Both the position numbers and the translations under genes were made by a program. DNA of 64,000 bases. It comes from an uncultured Candidatus Binatia bacterium (GTDB taxonomy: Bacteria; Desulfobacterota; Binatia; UBA9968; JAJDTQ01). Positions 17,979 to 26,798 of this stretch are shown piece after piece (within the stretch, counting starts at the first letter, position 1; each line of letters starts with the position of its first letter). The notes under the pieces were generated by a model that saw only the letters and a program-made list of their open reading frames with translations, made no database searches and was not told where the DNA came from. The stretch lies in NCBI GenBank assembly GCA_964291295.2, contig OZ219754.1, positions 1,920,001-1,984,000 on the forward strand, given 5' to 3'.

Positions 17979-18893
17979 CTATGGCTCGGTAATGCCGATG
18001 CGGTCGTACTTGAGGTGGCGGTTGTACCAGTCCACCACCGAGCCGGCGATCTGATCGAAGTAGTCGTTGTAGACGCCGTAGTGGGTGGTCTTCCTGAGCA
18101 TCACCAGCTTCTTGGGCTCTCCCGCCTTGTCGTACATGCGGATGGAATGCTCCTCGGGCGTGGTGGCGTCGTTCTCCACCGCGATAAACAGCACTCCCCG
18201 CGGCGAGATCCGGTGTACGACATCCTCCGGGCGGTAGTCCAGGATCGCGTCGGCGCACTGTAGCGGCATCTGGTTCGGAATCTTCGATGCCACCTCCTTC
18301 TTGATGCTGGTGGTCTTGCGTTCCGGCGTCTGGACCATGATCTCCTCGCGGGCCGCCACCTGTTCGCCGGCACCGGTGCGCACCCGCACCCGGCGGTCTT
18401 CCTCGATGCGTTTGAGGTAGTCGAGCCACTCGTATTCCCGGCGCATGGAATGCAGCCAGTCGCGCCCGTTGCAGACGCCGAGGTAGCACACCACGGCCTT
18501 GACCCGGTCGTCGGTGCCGCCCACCAGGACCGCGTTGCCTCCGCCGGTGCCGCCGGACCCGTAGGTGGCGATGCGGTCGGAGTCGACGTCGTCACGGGTT
18601 TCCATGTAGGTGATGGCGTTGCGGATGTCCTCCGCCTGCCACGCGGGCATGACCCAGCCCTTGTGGGGACCTTCGCTCTGCCCCCAGCCGCGGTAGTCGA
18701 AGCACAGGCAGGCATATCCCGCCTCGCACAGCCGCTCGAACATCAGGATGTAGTGTCTGGCGTCCTTGAGCCCCAGGAAACCCGGGCCCTGGACGATGCC
18801 GGGCCACGGCCTGCCCTGGTCGCCGTCCGGCAGATAGACGGTGCCGTGGACCTTGCAGCCCTCGCTGTAGAAGGTGATGTCCTCTGTTCGCAT
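17979..18893 (-). CDS. Alpha/beta-fold hydrolase with atypical nucleophile elbow
   Basis: 'FDYRGWGQSEG', 'YGSGGTGGG', acid 'END', His in 'THYGVY'. ATG at 18893 follows GGAG. Confidence 0.82.
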   Translation of the reverse strand: MRTEDITFYSEGCKVHGTVYLPDGDQGRPWPGIVQGPGFLGLKDARHYILMFERLCEAGYACLCFDYRGWGQSEGPHKGWVMPAWQAEDIRNAITYMETRDDVDSDRIATYGSGGTGGGNAVLVGGTDDRVKAVVCYLGVCNGRDWLHSMRREYEWLDYLKRIEEDRRVRVRTGAGEQVAAREEIMVQTPERKTTSIKKEVASKIPNQMPLQCADAILDYRPEDVVHRISPRGVLFIAVENDATTPEEHSIRMYDKAGEPKKLVMLRKTTHYGVYNDYFDQIAGSVVDWYNRHLKYDRIGITEP

Positions 18894-18982
18894 GTGGTTC
18901 TCCCCAGTGCTCCGGACCGGCGGCGACGTGCCCGTTCCCGGCCCGAGACCGCCGGCTTCGGGCTGTCGAATCCCGAGAGCGC

Positions 18983-19972
18983 CTAGGCGCGCACGGCGGG
19001 CAGGACTTCCCTGCCCAACAGCTCGATCTGCTCGTACCAGTCGGCGTAACGGAACCGGAGGTCGTAGACGATGTGGTTCAGACCGCCTTCCTCGTAGCGC
19101 CGCGTGTCCCGGACGATGTCTTCCGGCGTGCCCGCCAGCAGCAGTCCCTCGATGTCCTCGAGCTTCGAGAAGGTACCGGAAGCGGGCTTGACCCAGGTGG
19201 GTTTCTTGTTGCCTTCGTTGATGAGACCCGGCGCGTTGACCTTGCTCACGGCGGTGTCCTTGTCCCTGGCGATGCTGGTGATGGGGATGGCCCCGGTGGT
19301 CACCATGGGCTTGCCGGCCTTGTCGCAGAGGTCGTGCAGGTACTTGATGCACTTGTAAAAGGTCGCCAGCGGGATGCGTCCGGGCATCCACCCGTCGCAG
19401 TAGTCCACCGCGCGCCGGCACGAAGCCGGGGTGCCGCCGCCGTACCAGATGGGGATGGGCGCCAGCGGCGTGGGTTTGAGTTCGACATCCTTGAAGGAGA
19501 AGTACTCGTCTTCGTAGTCCACTTTCTCGCCGGCCCAGAGCCGCCGCACGATGTTGGCGTTGACCTTGGCCAGGTTGAAGCGGTCTTCCCGGGTGTTCTT
19601 CAGTCCGGCGGCCGCAAACTCGTGCTGGAACGTGCCGGCGCCGATGCCCATGATGACCTTGCCCCCGGAAAGGACGCTCAGGGCCGCCATGCACTGGGCC
19701 AGATGGATCGGGTGCCTGTGCGAGATCACGGTGCCGGTGCTCAGGGTCAGCTTCCTGCACACGGACGAGATCGCCGACAGGATGGCGACGCATTCAATAT
19801 GGGTATTGTCCGTGCCCTCCATGCCATGGGGCTCGAAGACCAGGTGATCACGGACCCAGACGGAGTCGAATCCCAACGATTCGGCCAGCTTCGATCCTTC
19901 GATGCACTTCTCGGCCGATCCCTGGTCTCCGAAATGGGGCAACAGCAGGCCGAACTTCAGATTGGTCGCCAT
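18983..19972 (-). CDS. Luciferase-like (LLM class) oxidoreductase
   Basis: 'GFDSVWVRDH', 'HRHPIHLA', 'PIPIWYGGG', 'DGWMPG'. RBS AAGGAGG. Confidence 0.9.
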   Translation of the reverse strand: MATNLKFGLLLPHFGDQGSAEKCIEGSKLAESLGFDSVWVRDHLVFEPHGMEGTDNTHIECVAILSAISSVCRKLTLSTGTVISHRHPIHLAQCMAALSVLSGGKVIMGIGAGTFQHEFAAAGLKNTREDRFNLAKVNANIVRRLWAGEKVDYEDEYFSFKDVELKPTPLAPIPIWYGGGTPASCRRAVDYCDGWMPGRIPLATFYKCIKYLHDLCDKAGKPMVTTGAIPITSIARDKDTAVSKVNAPGLINEGNKKPTWVKPASGTFSKLEDIEGLLLAGTPEDIVRDTRRYEEGGLNHIVYDLRFRYADWYEQIELLGREVLPAVRA

Positions 19973-20045
19973 GCGCAAACCTCCTTGTGGTCATTGGACT
20001 CGAAAGGGCCGCTACGCCTGTCAGGCGCGACTGCTCCAAGTGCTC

Positions 20046-20071
20046 GAAATGACGCCGTCAGGCGTCATTTC
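20046..20071. promoter_or_regulatory. 11-bp inverted repeat upstream of the LLM/Mo-hydroxylase operon (operator or terminator)
   Basis: gaaatgacgcc-gtca-ggcgtcatttc. Confidence 0.5.
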
Positions 20072-20236
20072 CGGGGGACTTCATGAACGGACCGTGAACC
20101 GATGCTGCCGTTGCCGAGGAGCGTGAGCCATGCGACAGGCTCCCGGGCGGAAGCCTTGCTGAATCGCACCGGGGCATTGACGTTCCGCATGATTTTCCGA
20201 GCGAGCCCCATTTATAGACCCCGCCGCCGACGGCTG

Positions 20237-21214
20237 TCAAGCGCGCCCCGAGCCCGGGTCGTCCTGAGCGCGGTGAGCGGCGTCGCCGCCGATGCGACGT
20301 CGCGCCAGCGCGGCGCGCACGTGGCTCAGGTAGGTACGGCTTACCGGCACCCGATGTTCGCCGGCAAGCCGCAACAGCGTGCGCTGGTTGCGTTTCTCCC
20401 AGCCCCGGACGTGAGGGTAGGCCACCCAGTAGGAGCGGTGTACACGGGTTCCCTGATCCTCCAGCTCGGTGACGGCATCGGCGAAGCGCATCAGGATGGC
20501 GCAGCGGCCCGCGGTGGTGACCACCTCCACGTAGTGGTCGCTCATTTTGAGGTAGATGATCTCCCGCCCGACCTCCGGCGACAGGCGGTCGAGGAACTTG
20601 GACGACGGTTCCGGCGCGGTGCGGTCCGTGCTTGTCGGGGAAGACGCGTTCCGGCCGGCGCTTCCGGGTGTCGCGCGTTGCGCCGCGGTGGCGCCCCGTC
20701 CGGCGGCACCGCCCTTGAGGCGCTGGCCAACGATGTAGTGAATGAAGGCGCTGCACAACAGTACGGATGAGGCGACGAGCAGATATATCCAGGGCAGGCC
20801 GTAGGAGGGAACCGCCGAGCGGACCAGGGTGTCCACGGCATAGACGATGGTGGTCGAAGGCAGCGACGCCAGCAACGTGCCGGTGGCGACGGCAAACGCG
20901 ATCTGGTGCGACGGGCAGGAACGGGTGAGGTAGAGCACCACCACGTACTGGGTATAGCAAAGGGGTGCGCACAGGAATGCCGCGATGCCGAAATAGGCCA
21001 ACCGCCGGACCCAGGTGAGGTCGTGGGTGTCCATGGGGGCCATGATGGTGAATGCGGCCAGACATGCGGCGATGGAAATCAGGACAGTCAGGAACGTCCG
21101 GGGGGCGAGCGCCTCACGATAGGCGAGCTGCCACTGCGGAGCGTCGGTGCCGGCGGTTTCCGTACAGGTCAGTACGGAGTCGGAGGAGTATGGACTTTCC
21201 GTGGTTTTACTCAT
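20237..21214 (-). CDS. Membrane-anchored LytTR-domain transcriptional regulator
   Basis: About four N-terminal hydrophobic helices, an Ala/Ser/Pro linker, then LytTR motifs 'DHYVEVVT', 'LMRFADAVTEL', 'GTRVHRSYWVA', 'VPVSRTY'. Confidence 0.88.
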   Translation of the reverse strand: MSKTTESPYSSDSVLTCTETAGTDAPQWQLAYREALAPRTFLTVLISIAACLAAFTIMAPMDTHDLTWVRRLAYFGIAAFLCAPLCYTQYVVVLYLTRSCPSHQIAFAVATGTLLASLPSTTIVYAVDTLVRSAVPSYGLPWIYLLVASSVLLCSAFIHYIVGQRLKGGAAGRGATAAQRATPGSAGRNASSPTSTDRTAPEPSSKFLDRLSPEVGREIIYLKMSDHYVEVVTTAGRCAILMRFADAVTELEDQGTRVHRSYWVAYPHVRGWEKRNQRTLLRLAGEHRVPVSRTYLSHVRAALARRRIGGDAAHRAQDDPGSGRA

Positions 21215-21249
21215 GGTTTCACCCGGAGCACGGGTGCCGGAGACACGGC

Positions 21250-21376
21250 AGGAAGAACACGACAACGAAATGACAACGAAACAAAACGGGACGACGAAAC
21301 AAAACGGGACGACGAAAACGGACGACGACTGCGAAACGAAAACGAGGCGAGAACAAAACGTGAAAGAAACGAAGGC
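21250..21376. repeat. T-depleted tandem repeat tract (ACGAAA-based units)
   Basis: gacaacgaaa at 21261 and 21272, acgaaacaaaacgggacg at 21276 and 21294, then degenerate copies. Only three T on the + strand in about 125 nt. Confidence 0.75.
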
Positions 21377-21582
21377 GCCCGCGTGAATAATTCTCCCGGC
21401 CGGTTGTTCTTATTGTGAAAACAAGCGTTCAAATACGGCCGTAAGGTAGCCGACACGGAATCCGTTGTCAACCCGGACGACGTGCCGTCGAACGGCTGCG
21501 GGCTGCTTGTAGTATCGCTGGAATTGGTCTAGGAATTCCACAGGATGTCGACCGCGCCATACTGCCGGTCGGGGAGGAACCC

Positions 21583-22539
21583 ATGAGCGCAATGAGCGAT
21601 TTCTACAGCGAGTGGTTGAACACGAGCCGGCGGAACGATGAGTTCGTCGAGGGCGCACCGCGGGTGGCCCGCCACAAGGAACTCGAGTGGGTCGAGACGC
21701 GGCAGGACGCCAGGGCGGCGTTGATGATCGCGCCCGAGCTGGGTTTTCCCACCGGCGGCAGCATGATGATGCGGGCCGAGATTCCCGTCGGATGGCATAC
21801 CGGGTGTCACAGCCACGGTGAGGAGGCCATCTACGTCGAGAGCGGCACCGGCTTCATGGTCCTGGACGGCAGGCGCTACGATTTCGGCCCGGGCACCGTC
21901 CTGCACGTCCCCTACCGGTGCCGGCACCAGTTGTTCAACACCGGAGATGTGCCGGTGGGCTATATCTCCGGGCTCGCCTGGCACCTGGAGGCGTCGGTCT
22001 ACATGGGCCGCATGGATCAGTTCGAGGACTGCGGCGCCAACGAACCGGCCGCGCTGGCCGCCGTCGGCCCGGAGGAGTCCCAGGACTGGCCGGAGGACGG
22101 GCGGCGCATCTCCATGCATCAGGACCAGCACGAGCTCTCCGCCGAGTCCAAGCACGGCGCCACCTATTTCCTCATGGGGCGCAGCGGCAGCCGCAACGGC
22201 TTCAAGGCCACGGCTGCGGCCATAAGCTCCATATTCGTCGAGTTGCCCCGTTCCAAGAGCCACAGCCACGCCCATCCGGAAGCCTACCTCTACGCGCTTC
22301 AGGGGTCGGGCTACTCGGAGATCGGCGGCCGGCGGTATACTTGGGAGCAGGGCGATGCGGTCCACGTTCCCCCCGGCATGATGCACCACCAGCACTTCAA
22401 CCCCGGCGACGGCGAGACCCGCGAACTCCGGTTCGAGTTCGGCATCCGCTACTGGCTGGTGAACCAGTGGAAGGGCTACACCACCATCGACAGGCACTTG
22501 AAGGCCATGTCGATGGACGAAGACGACGAGGACAAGTAG
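21583..22539 (+). CDS. Bicupin protein (putative dioxygenase)
   Basis: Two cupin metal motifs: 'HSHGEEAIY...HQLFN' and 'HSHAHPEAYLY...HQHFN'. Confidence 0.8.
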   Translation: MSAMSDFYSEWLNTSRRNDEFVEGAPRVARHKELEWVETRQDARAALMIAPELGFPTGGSMMMRAEIPVGWHTGCHSHGEEAIYVESGTGFMVLDGRRYDFGPGTVLHVPYRCRHQLFNTGDVPVGYISGLAWHLEASVYMGRMDQFEDCGANEPAALAAVGPEESQDWPEDGRRISMHQDQHELSAESKHGATYFLMGRSGSRNGFKATAAAISSIFVELPRSKSHSHAHPEAYLYALQGSGYSEIGGRRYTWEQGDAVHVPPGMMHHQHFNPGDGETRELRFEFGIRYWLVNQWKGYTTIDRHLKAMSMDEDDEDK

Positions 22540-22628
22540 GGACGACGCGCGGCCACGCGCCGATTCCGGCAAGGCCCGGAGGAGGCGCGCTCCGGGACGG
22601 CCGCGCGACAGCGTCCAGATGCGCTCCC

Positions 22629-22686
22629 GGTGTCCGTTGGTGTCTATCGGTGTTTCCATTCCATGTCTTGGTGTTTCCTTTCCATG
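22629..22686. repeat. Helically phased GGTGT direct repeats
   Basis: ggtgt at 22629, 22639, 22649 and 22670; ggtgtttcc(a/t)ttccatg twice, 21 bp apart. Confidence 0.65.
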
Positions 22687-22815
22687 CCGCTCTCGCACTC
22701 CACCGGCTGCTCCGTTCCGCGGCGGATGTACGATGGGGATGCGTGTGCGCGCACGGTGCGGCCGTGATCCTCGAGCGCAGTGACGCGAGTTGATGAACGA
22801 CGGAGGTCCGGACCC

Positions 22816-23730
22816 ATGATTCCGCAACACGATTCCTTCTACGACGTTTTCTCGAGGGCCGCGAAGCTCGACGTCCGCTGGCCCGGCGATGCCCGCATCG
22901 CGGTGGCGCTGGCCGGCAATCTGGAGGCCTGGACCGAGGCGCCGGACCCCCGCATGCGGCGCACGCGCCATGTGGGCGGCTCCAATCCCTTGACCGCGGA
23001 CGAAGTCCGTTGCCGGTACGATTTTCGTACCGCCAGTGAAAACGACTATGGCGGGCGGACCGGTGTCTGGCGCATTCTGCGGATACTCGAGAAGTACGGC
23101 GTCAAGGCGTCGTTCAATACCAATGCGCTCTGTGCCCTGCGCTACCCGGAAGCGGTGAGGAAGGTCCACGAGGACGGCCATGAACTGGTGGCCCACAGCT
23201 ATGCCGAGGACGTGCAACTGGTGCTGCTGACCAAGGACGAGGAACGGGAGGAGATCCAGGCCTGCGTGCGGACCTTCCAGGACCTCGCGGGAGTCCGGCC
23301 GTCCGGCTGGTTGTCGTCGGGAATGCGGCACACCGAGTTCACGCTTGAGCTCCTGGCGGAGGAGGGTTTCACCTGGCACGGCGACGCGGTCAACGACGAC
23401 GTCCCCTATCTCGTGGAGGCGGCCGGCAGGACCATGGTCGTGATCCCCTACAAGAACGCCATCAGCGGCCTCAACGACACCGGCATGTACCGGCGGAGCA
23501 TGAGCGCCCGAGATCTCCTGCAGGCCTTCCGGGACGAGTTCGACATCCTCTACGAGGAGTCCGCCGCGCACCCGAAGATGCTGACCCTGGCCATGCACTG
23601 CCAGATGGCTTTCCCGGCCACCGGAAAGCTCTATGATGAGGCCATCCGCTACGCCCGGTCTTTCCCGGACGTCTGGTTCGCCCGGCGCGACGAGATCGCG
23701 CAGTGGATTCTGAAGAACCACGCCCGGTAG
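22816..23730 (+). CDS. Polysaccharide deacetylase (CE4) family protein, PuuE-like
   Basis: 'RWPGDARIAV', 'YGGRTGVWRI', 'HELVAHSY', 'RPSGWLS', 'DDVPY', 'MLTLAMH'. Confidence 0.85.
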   Translation: MIPQHDSFYDVFSRAAKLDVRWPGDARIAVALAGNLEAWTEAPDPRMRRTRHVGGSNPLTADEVRCRYDFRTASENDYGGRTGVWRILRILEKYGVKASFNTNALCALRYPEAVRKVHEDGHELVAHSYAEDVQLVLLTKDEEREEIQACVRTFQDLAGVRPSGWLSSGMRHTEFTLELLAEEGFTWHGDAVNDDVPYLVEAAGRTMVVIPYKNAISGLNDTGMYRRSMSARDLLQAFRDEFDILYEESAAHPKMLTLAMHCQMAFPATGKLYDEAIRYARSFPDVWFARRDEIAQWILKNHAR

Positions 23731-23864
23731 GGAAGGGCGGCACGGAAGGTGTCCGCGAAAGAACAGGGCAGCGGGCGGGAGAACGTGCCAAGGGTGGTGA
23801 AGGCGGGCGGCCCGGCCCGGACCCGGCGGGACCGCGGACCCCGCCAAACTGGAAAGGAGCGGTC

Positions 23865-24320
23865 ATGAGCGACCACGCGCCCAGGAAGGCCCGGGCCATG
23901 GGCATCAACCACGTCGTGCTGGAAGTCGGCGACCTGGACCAGGCGCTGGGGTTCTACGGCGCCATCTTCGACTTCACCCTGCGCGGCCGGAGCGATCACA
24001 ACGCCTTCATCGACCTCGGCGACCAGTTCATCCAGTTGAGCCTGGGCAAGACCCAGGAAGCTGACGGCAAGCGCCACTTCGGGTTTGTGGTGGACGACCG
24101 GGCGCCGGTGCGGGAGGCGCTGGAACGGCTGGGCGTGGAGCCCCTGGACCCGCGGCTCAACTTCCGCGACCCGTGGGGCAACCGCATCGAGGTGGTGTCC
24201 TACGACGACGTGCAGTTTTCCAAGTCGCCCAATGTGCTCCACGGCATGGGTCTCGCCGGGCTTGAGAAGACCCCGGCCGCCGTCGCCGAATTGACGAAGA
24301 AGGGTATGGCGCCGGGGTGA
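23865..24320 (+). CDS. VOC/glyoxalase family protein
   Basis: 'GINHVVLEV', 'RHFGFVVD', 'FRDPWGNRIEVV'. RBS AAGGAG. Confidence 0.88.
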   Translation: MSDHAPRKARAMGINHVVLEVGDLDQALGFYGAIFDFTLRGRSDHNAFIDLGDQFIQLSLGKTQEADGKRHFGFVVDDRAPVREALERLGVEPLDPRLNFRDPWGNRIEVVSYDDVQFSKSPNVLHGMGLAGLEKTPAAVAELTKKGMAPG

Positions 24321-24420
24321 GGCGGCGGGGGAGGGCAGGCTGCCGGCGCCGCATCTCCCGGAGGCGCTGGCTGCCGGCCCTCCGTTCGTGTTCCGGTGCC
24401 TGTTCGGGCGCGTCTCCCGG

Positions 24421-25458
24421 TCACGCCTTGGGTTTCTTGAAGCCCGTCAGGACCTGAAGGTACTCCTTGATCCGGGGCGGCATGTTGTTGATGGCCTTCA
24501 ACGCATCCGCGATGTCCCGGGGCGATACATACGCGATGTTGAGTTTGGCCTTCTGCGTTTCCGCCAGGAAGGCCGGATCCTCCATCACCGCCTTGTAGGC
24601 CTTCCGGAGGATGGCCACGCGGTCCTTGGGAGTGCCCGGCGGCAGCGTGTAGACCCGCGTGATCCCGTTCTGCCCGTTCCAGGCGTTGAAGGCTGCGAGA
24701 TTCTCGCCCTTGAGGATCTCCGAAAAGAGCGGGACGTCCTTCACCTCCGGGTCGTCCGAGCGTTTGGTCGTGATGAAGGGTATCAGCCTCTTTTCCGGCG
24801 GGGCGTCGAGCAGCCCCCGGGCCGTGACCCTCATGGACTCCCAAGTCCAGCATGCGCCGTCCACCTCGCCCGATTCCATCGCCAGCCGTACCTTCGCCGT
24901 GCCGCCGTACCCCGGGATGCTCTTGAACCGGGTTCCCATCTCCCTGTTCAGGAACAGGAAGGGGTCGGTGGTGTTGCCCGGGGCGCGGGTGCCGCCCATG
25001 GTCACCTCCCGGCCCGACTTGACCACGTCCTCCAGCGTCCGGAGCCCCGAGGCGGCCATGAGAGCGCAGGTGACGGAGTCGGACGTCGGCGTCCCGATGT
25101 ACTCGTATCGGTTCGGGTCGATCCTCACCTTCTCGTCGCCCATGGCCTTGGCGAAGATCAGCGCCGGACTCCACACTCCCAGGGTCGTGCCGTCGGGCCT
25201 GGCCCGCTTGAAGATATAGTTGGCTGTGATCAGGCTCCCGGCACCGGGCATGTTCTGAACCACCGGCGTGGGCTTTCCGGGGATATACTTGCCAATGTGG
25301 CGGGCGATGTAGCGGGTGTAGGTGTCATAGCCGCCGCCGGGGGAGAAGCCCACCAGCATGCGCAACGTCTTGCCCTCGTAGAAGTCGCCGGCGTTTGCCG
25401 GTGTGAGGCCGGGCGCGAGGGCCAGCAACGCCCCGAGAATTGCGAGTCTGCGGAACAT
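24421..25458 (-). CDS. TctC/Bug tripartite tricarboxylate transporter substrate-binding protein (orphan)
   Basis: Signal peptide, then 'VGFSPGGGYD', 'NMPGAGS', 'PDGT', 'GYGGT..VRLAMESGEVDG'. Confidence 0.9.
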   Translation of the reverse strand: MFRRLAILGALLALAPGLTPANAGDFYEGKTLRMLVGFSPGGGYDTYTRYIARHIGKYIPGKPTPVVQNMPGAGSLITANYIFKRARPDGTTLGVWSPALIFAKAMGDEKVRIDPNRYEYIGTPTSDSVTCALMAASGLRTLEDVVKSGREVTMGGTRAPGNTTDPFLFLNREMGTRFKSIPGYGGTAKVRLAMESGEVDGACWTWESMRVTARGLLDAPPEKRLIPFITTKRSDDPEVKDVPLFSEILKGENLAAFNAWNGQNGITRVYTLPPGTPKDRVAILRKAYKAVMEDPAFLAETQKAKLNIAYVSPRDIADALKAINNMPPRIKEYLQVLTGFKKPKA

Positions 25459-25781
25459 GGTGCCACCTCCTGGTTCGTGTCCGGTCGAAGCGCCACCGCT
25501 ACCAGCAAGGCCCTGCCGTGTCAACAGAAAAGCGACGTGATTTCATCCGGCTCCACCCGTGACCGCGGCGCCCTCCGGAACCCGAACCGGCGTACGGCAG
25601 CCACCCTTGCAGGGGTTCCGGGCCGGGGGAGCACGGGAAGCGCGGTTTGCACGCGAAGCGCGGTCTTGTTAGGGTGCAGCCCTTTTACGGTGTTTCCACA
25701 CCGGGCACGGGTTCTCGACGGAGGAGCCCCGACATGGCGGCGCCGACGCATTCGCCGCGCTTGCCGGAAAGGGAGGAGAGC

Positions 25782-26654
25782 ATGATGCGCGTTCGAATAG
25801 GGGGACAGATGTTGTCAAAGGCGATCGTGGCCCTGGCAGTGGCGGCGGCGGGCATCGGCCTGTCGCTGGGCAGTGCCAGCGCCGCGTCGCTCCTGGAGAA
25901 GGCCAAGGCGGGTGAGACGATCCGGATCGGTTTCGCCAACGAGATTCCGTGGGCCTATCCGGGCGAGAACAACGCGCCCAAGGGATTCGTGAACGCCATC
26001 GCTGTCGGCGTTCTGAACGAGATGGGGATCACCAGGATCCAGCCGGTGGTGACCGAATGGGGCGGACTGATACCTGGCCTCAATGCCAACCGCTTCGACG
26101 TCATTACCGGCGGCATGTACATCCTCAAGAGTCGCTGCGAGAACATCAATTTCTCGAATCCCATCGGGATCTTCGGCGACGCCTTCATCGTGGCCAAGGG
26201 GAATCCGAAGAACCTGCAGGATTACCAGGATATAAAGAAGATGAACGCCGTTCTGGTGACCGGCGCCGGCTACAACATCGTCGAGGCAGCCAAAAAGGAG
26301 GGAGTCCCCGACGCGCAGGTCATGCAGGTGCCCGGTTCCAGCGAGATCCTGGCCGCGGTCACGTCCGGGCGTGCCGATGCCGGGGGCGTGACGTTCTTTA
26401 CGGCGAGGAAGCTGGCCGATCAGAGCGGCGGCGCCGTCGATGTCAGCGACCCGTCCCGGCTGCCGGAGTGGACCTACAACTGGGTCGGCATCGGCTTCCG
26501 CAAGACCGACACCGATTTCCTCAAGGCTTTCAACGAGGCGCTGGCGCGGCACATCGGCTCGGAAAAGATGATGGCCGCGGTCAAGGAGTACAACTACACC
26601 AGGGCGCAGCTTCCGGGTGACGGGACCACGGCCTTCGCCTGCGCCAATCGCTGA
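25782..26654 (+). CDS. ehuB: Ectoine/hydroxyectoine ABC transporter substrate-binding protein
   Basis: Signal peptide, 'IGFANEIPWAY', 'EWGGLIPGLNANRFD', 'MYILKSRC', and a C-terminal Cys. First gene of an ehuBCDA-like order. Confidence 0.82.
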   Translation: MMRVRIGGQMLSKAIVALAVAAAGIGLSLGSASAASLLEKAKAGETIRIGFANEIPWAYPGENNAPKGFVNAIAVGVLNEMGITRIQPVVTEWGGLIPGLNANRFDVITGGMYILKSRCENINFSNPIGIFGDAFIVAKGNPKNLQDYQDIKKMNAVLVTGAGYNIVEAAKKEGVPDAQVMQVPGSSEILAAVTSGRADAGGVTFFTARKLADQSGGAVDVSDPSRLPEWTYNWVGIGFRKTDTDFLKAFNEALARHIGSEKMMAAVKEYNYTRAQLPGDGTTAFACANR

Positions 26655-26798
26655 TCCGCGCCCAGGGAGGGTCTGCGCCGCAGGGGTACGGGAGTCGGGC
26701 GGCCGTCTTCCGGTGGTTCGCACCACGCATCCGGCTGGTGCGAACCGGCCCCGGCGCGCGGAACCGCAGCTTGCTCACGCCCGCGAGGGTGAGGCCCG

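Noticed and set aside
17979-19793. 604-aa ORF as a single fused protein
   Set aside because: Its first 300 codons overlap the LLM gene in another frame. The hydrolase starts at ATG 18893 with its own RBS.
21250-21376. Possible CRISPR array
   Set aside because: Units are short and contiguous with no unique spacers, and there are no cas genes.
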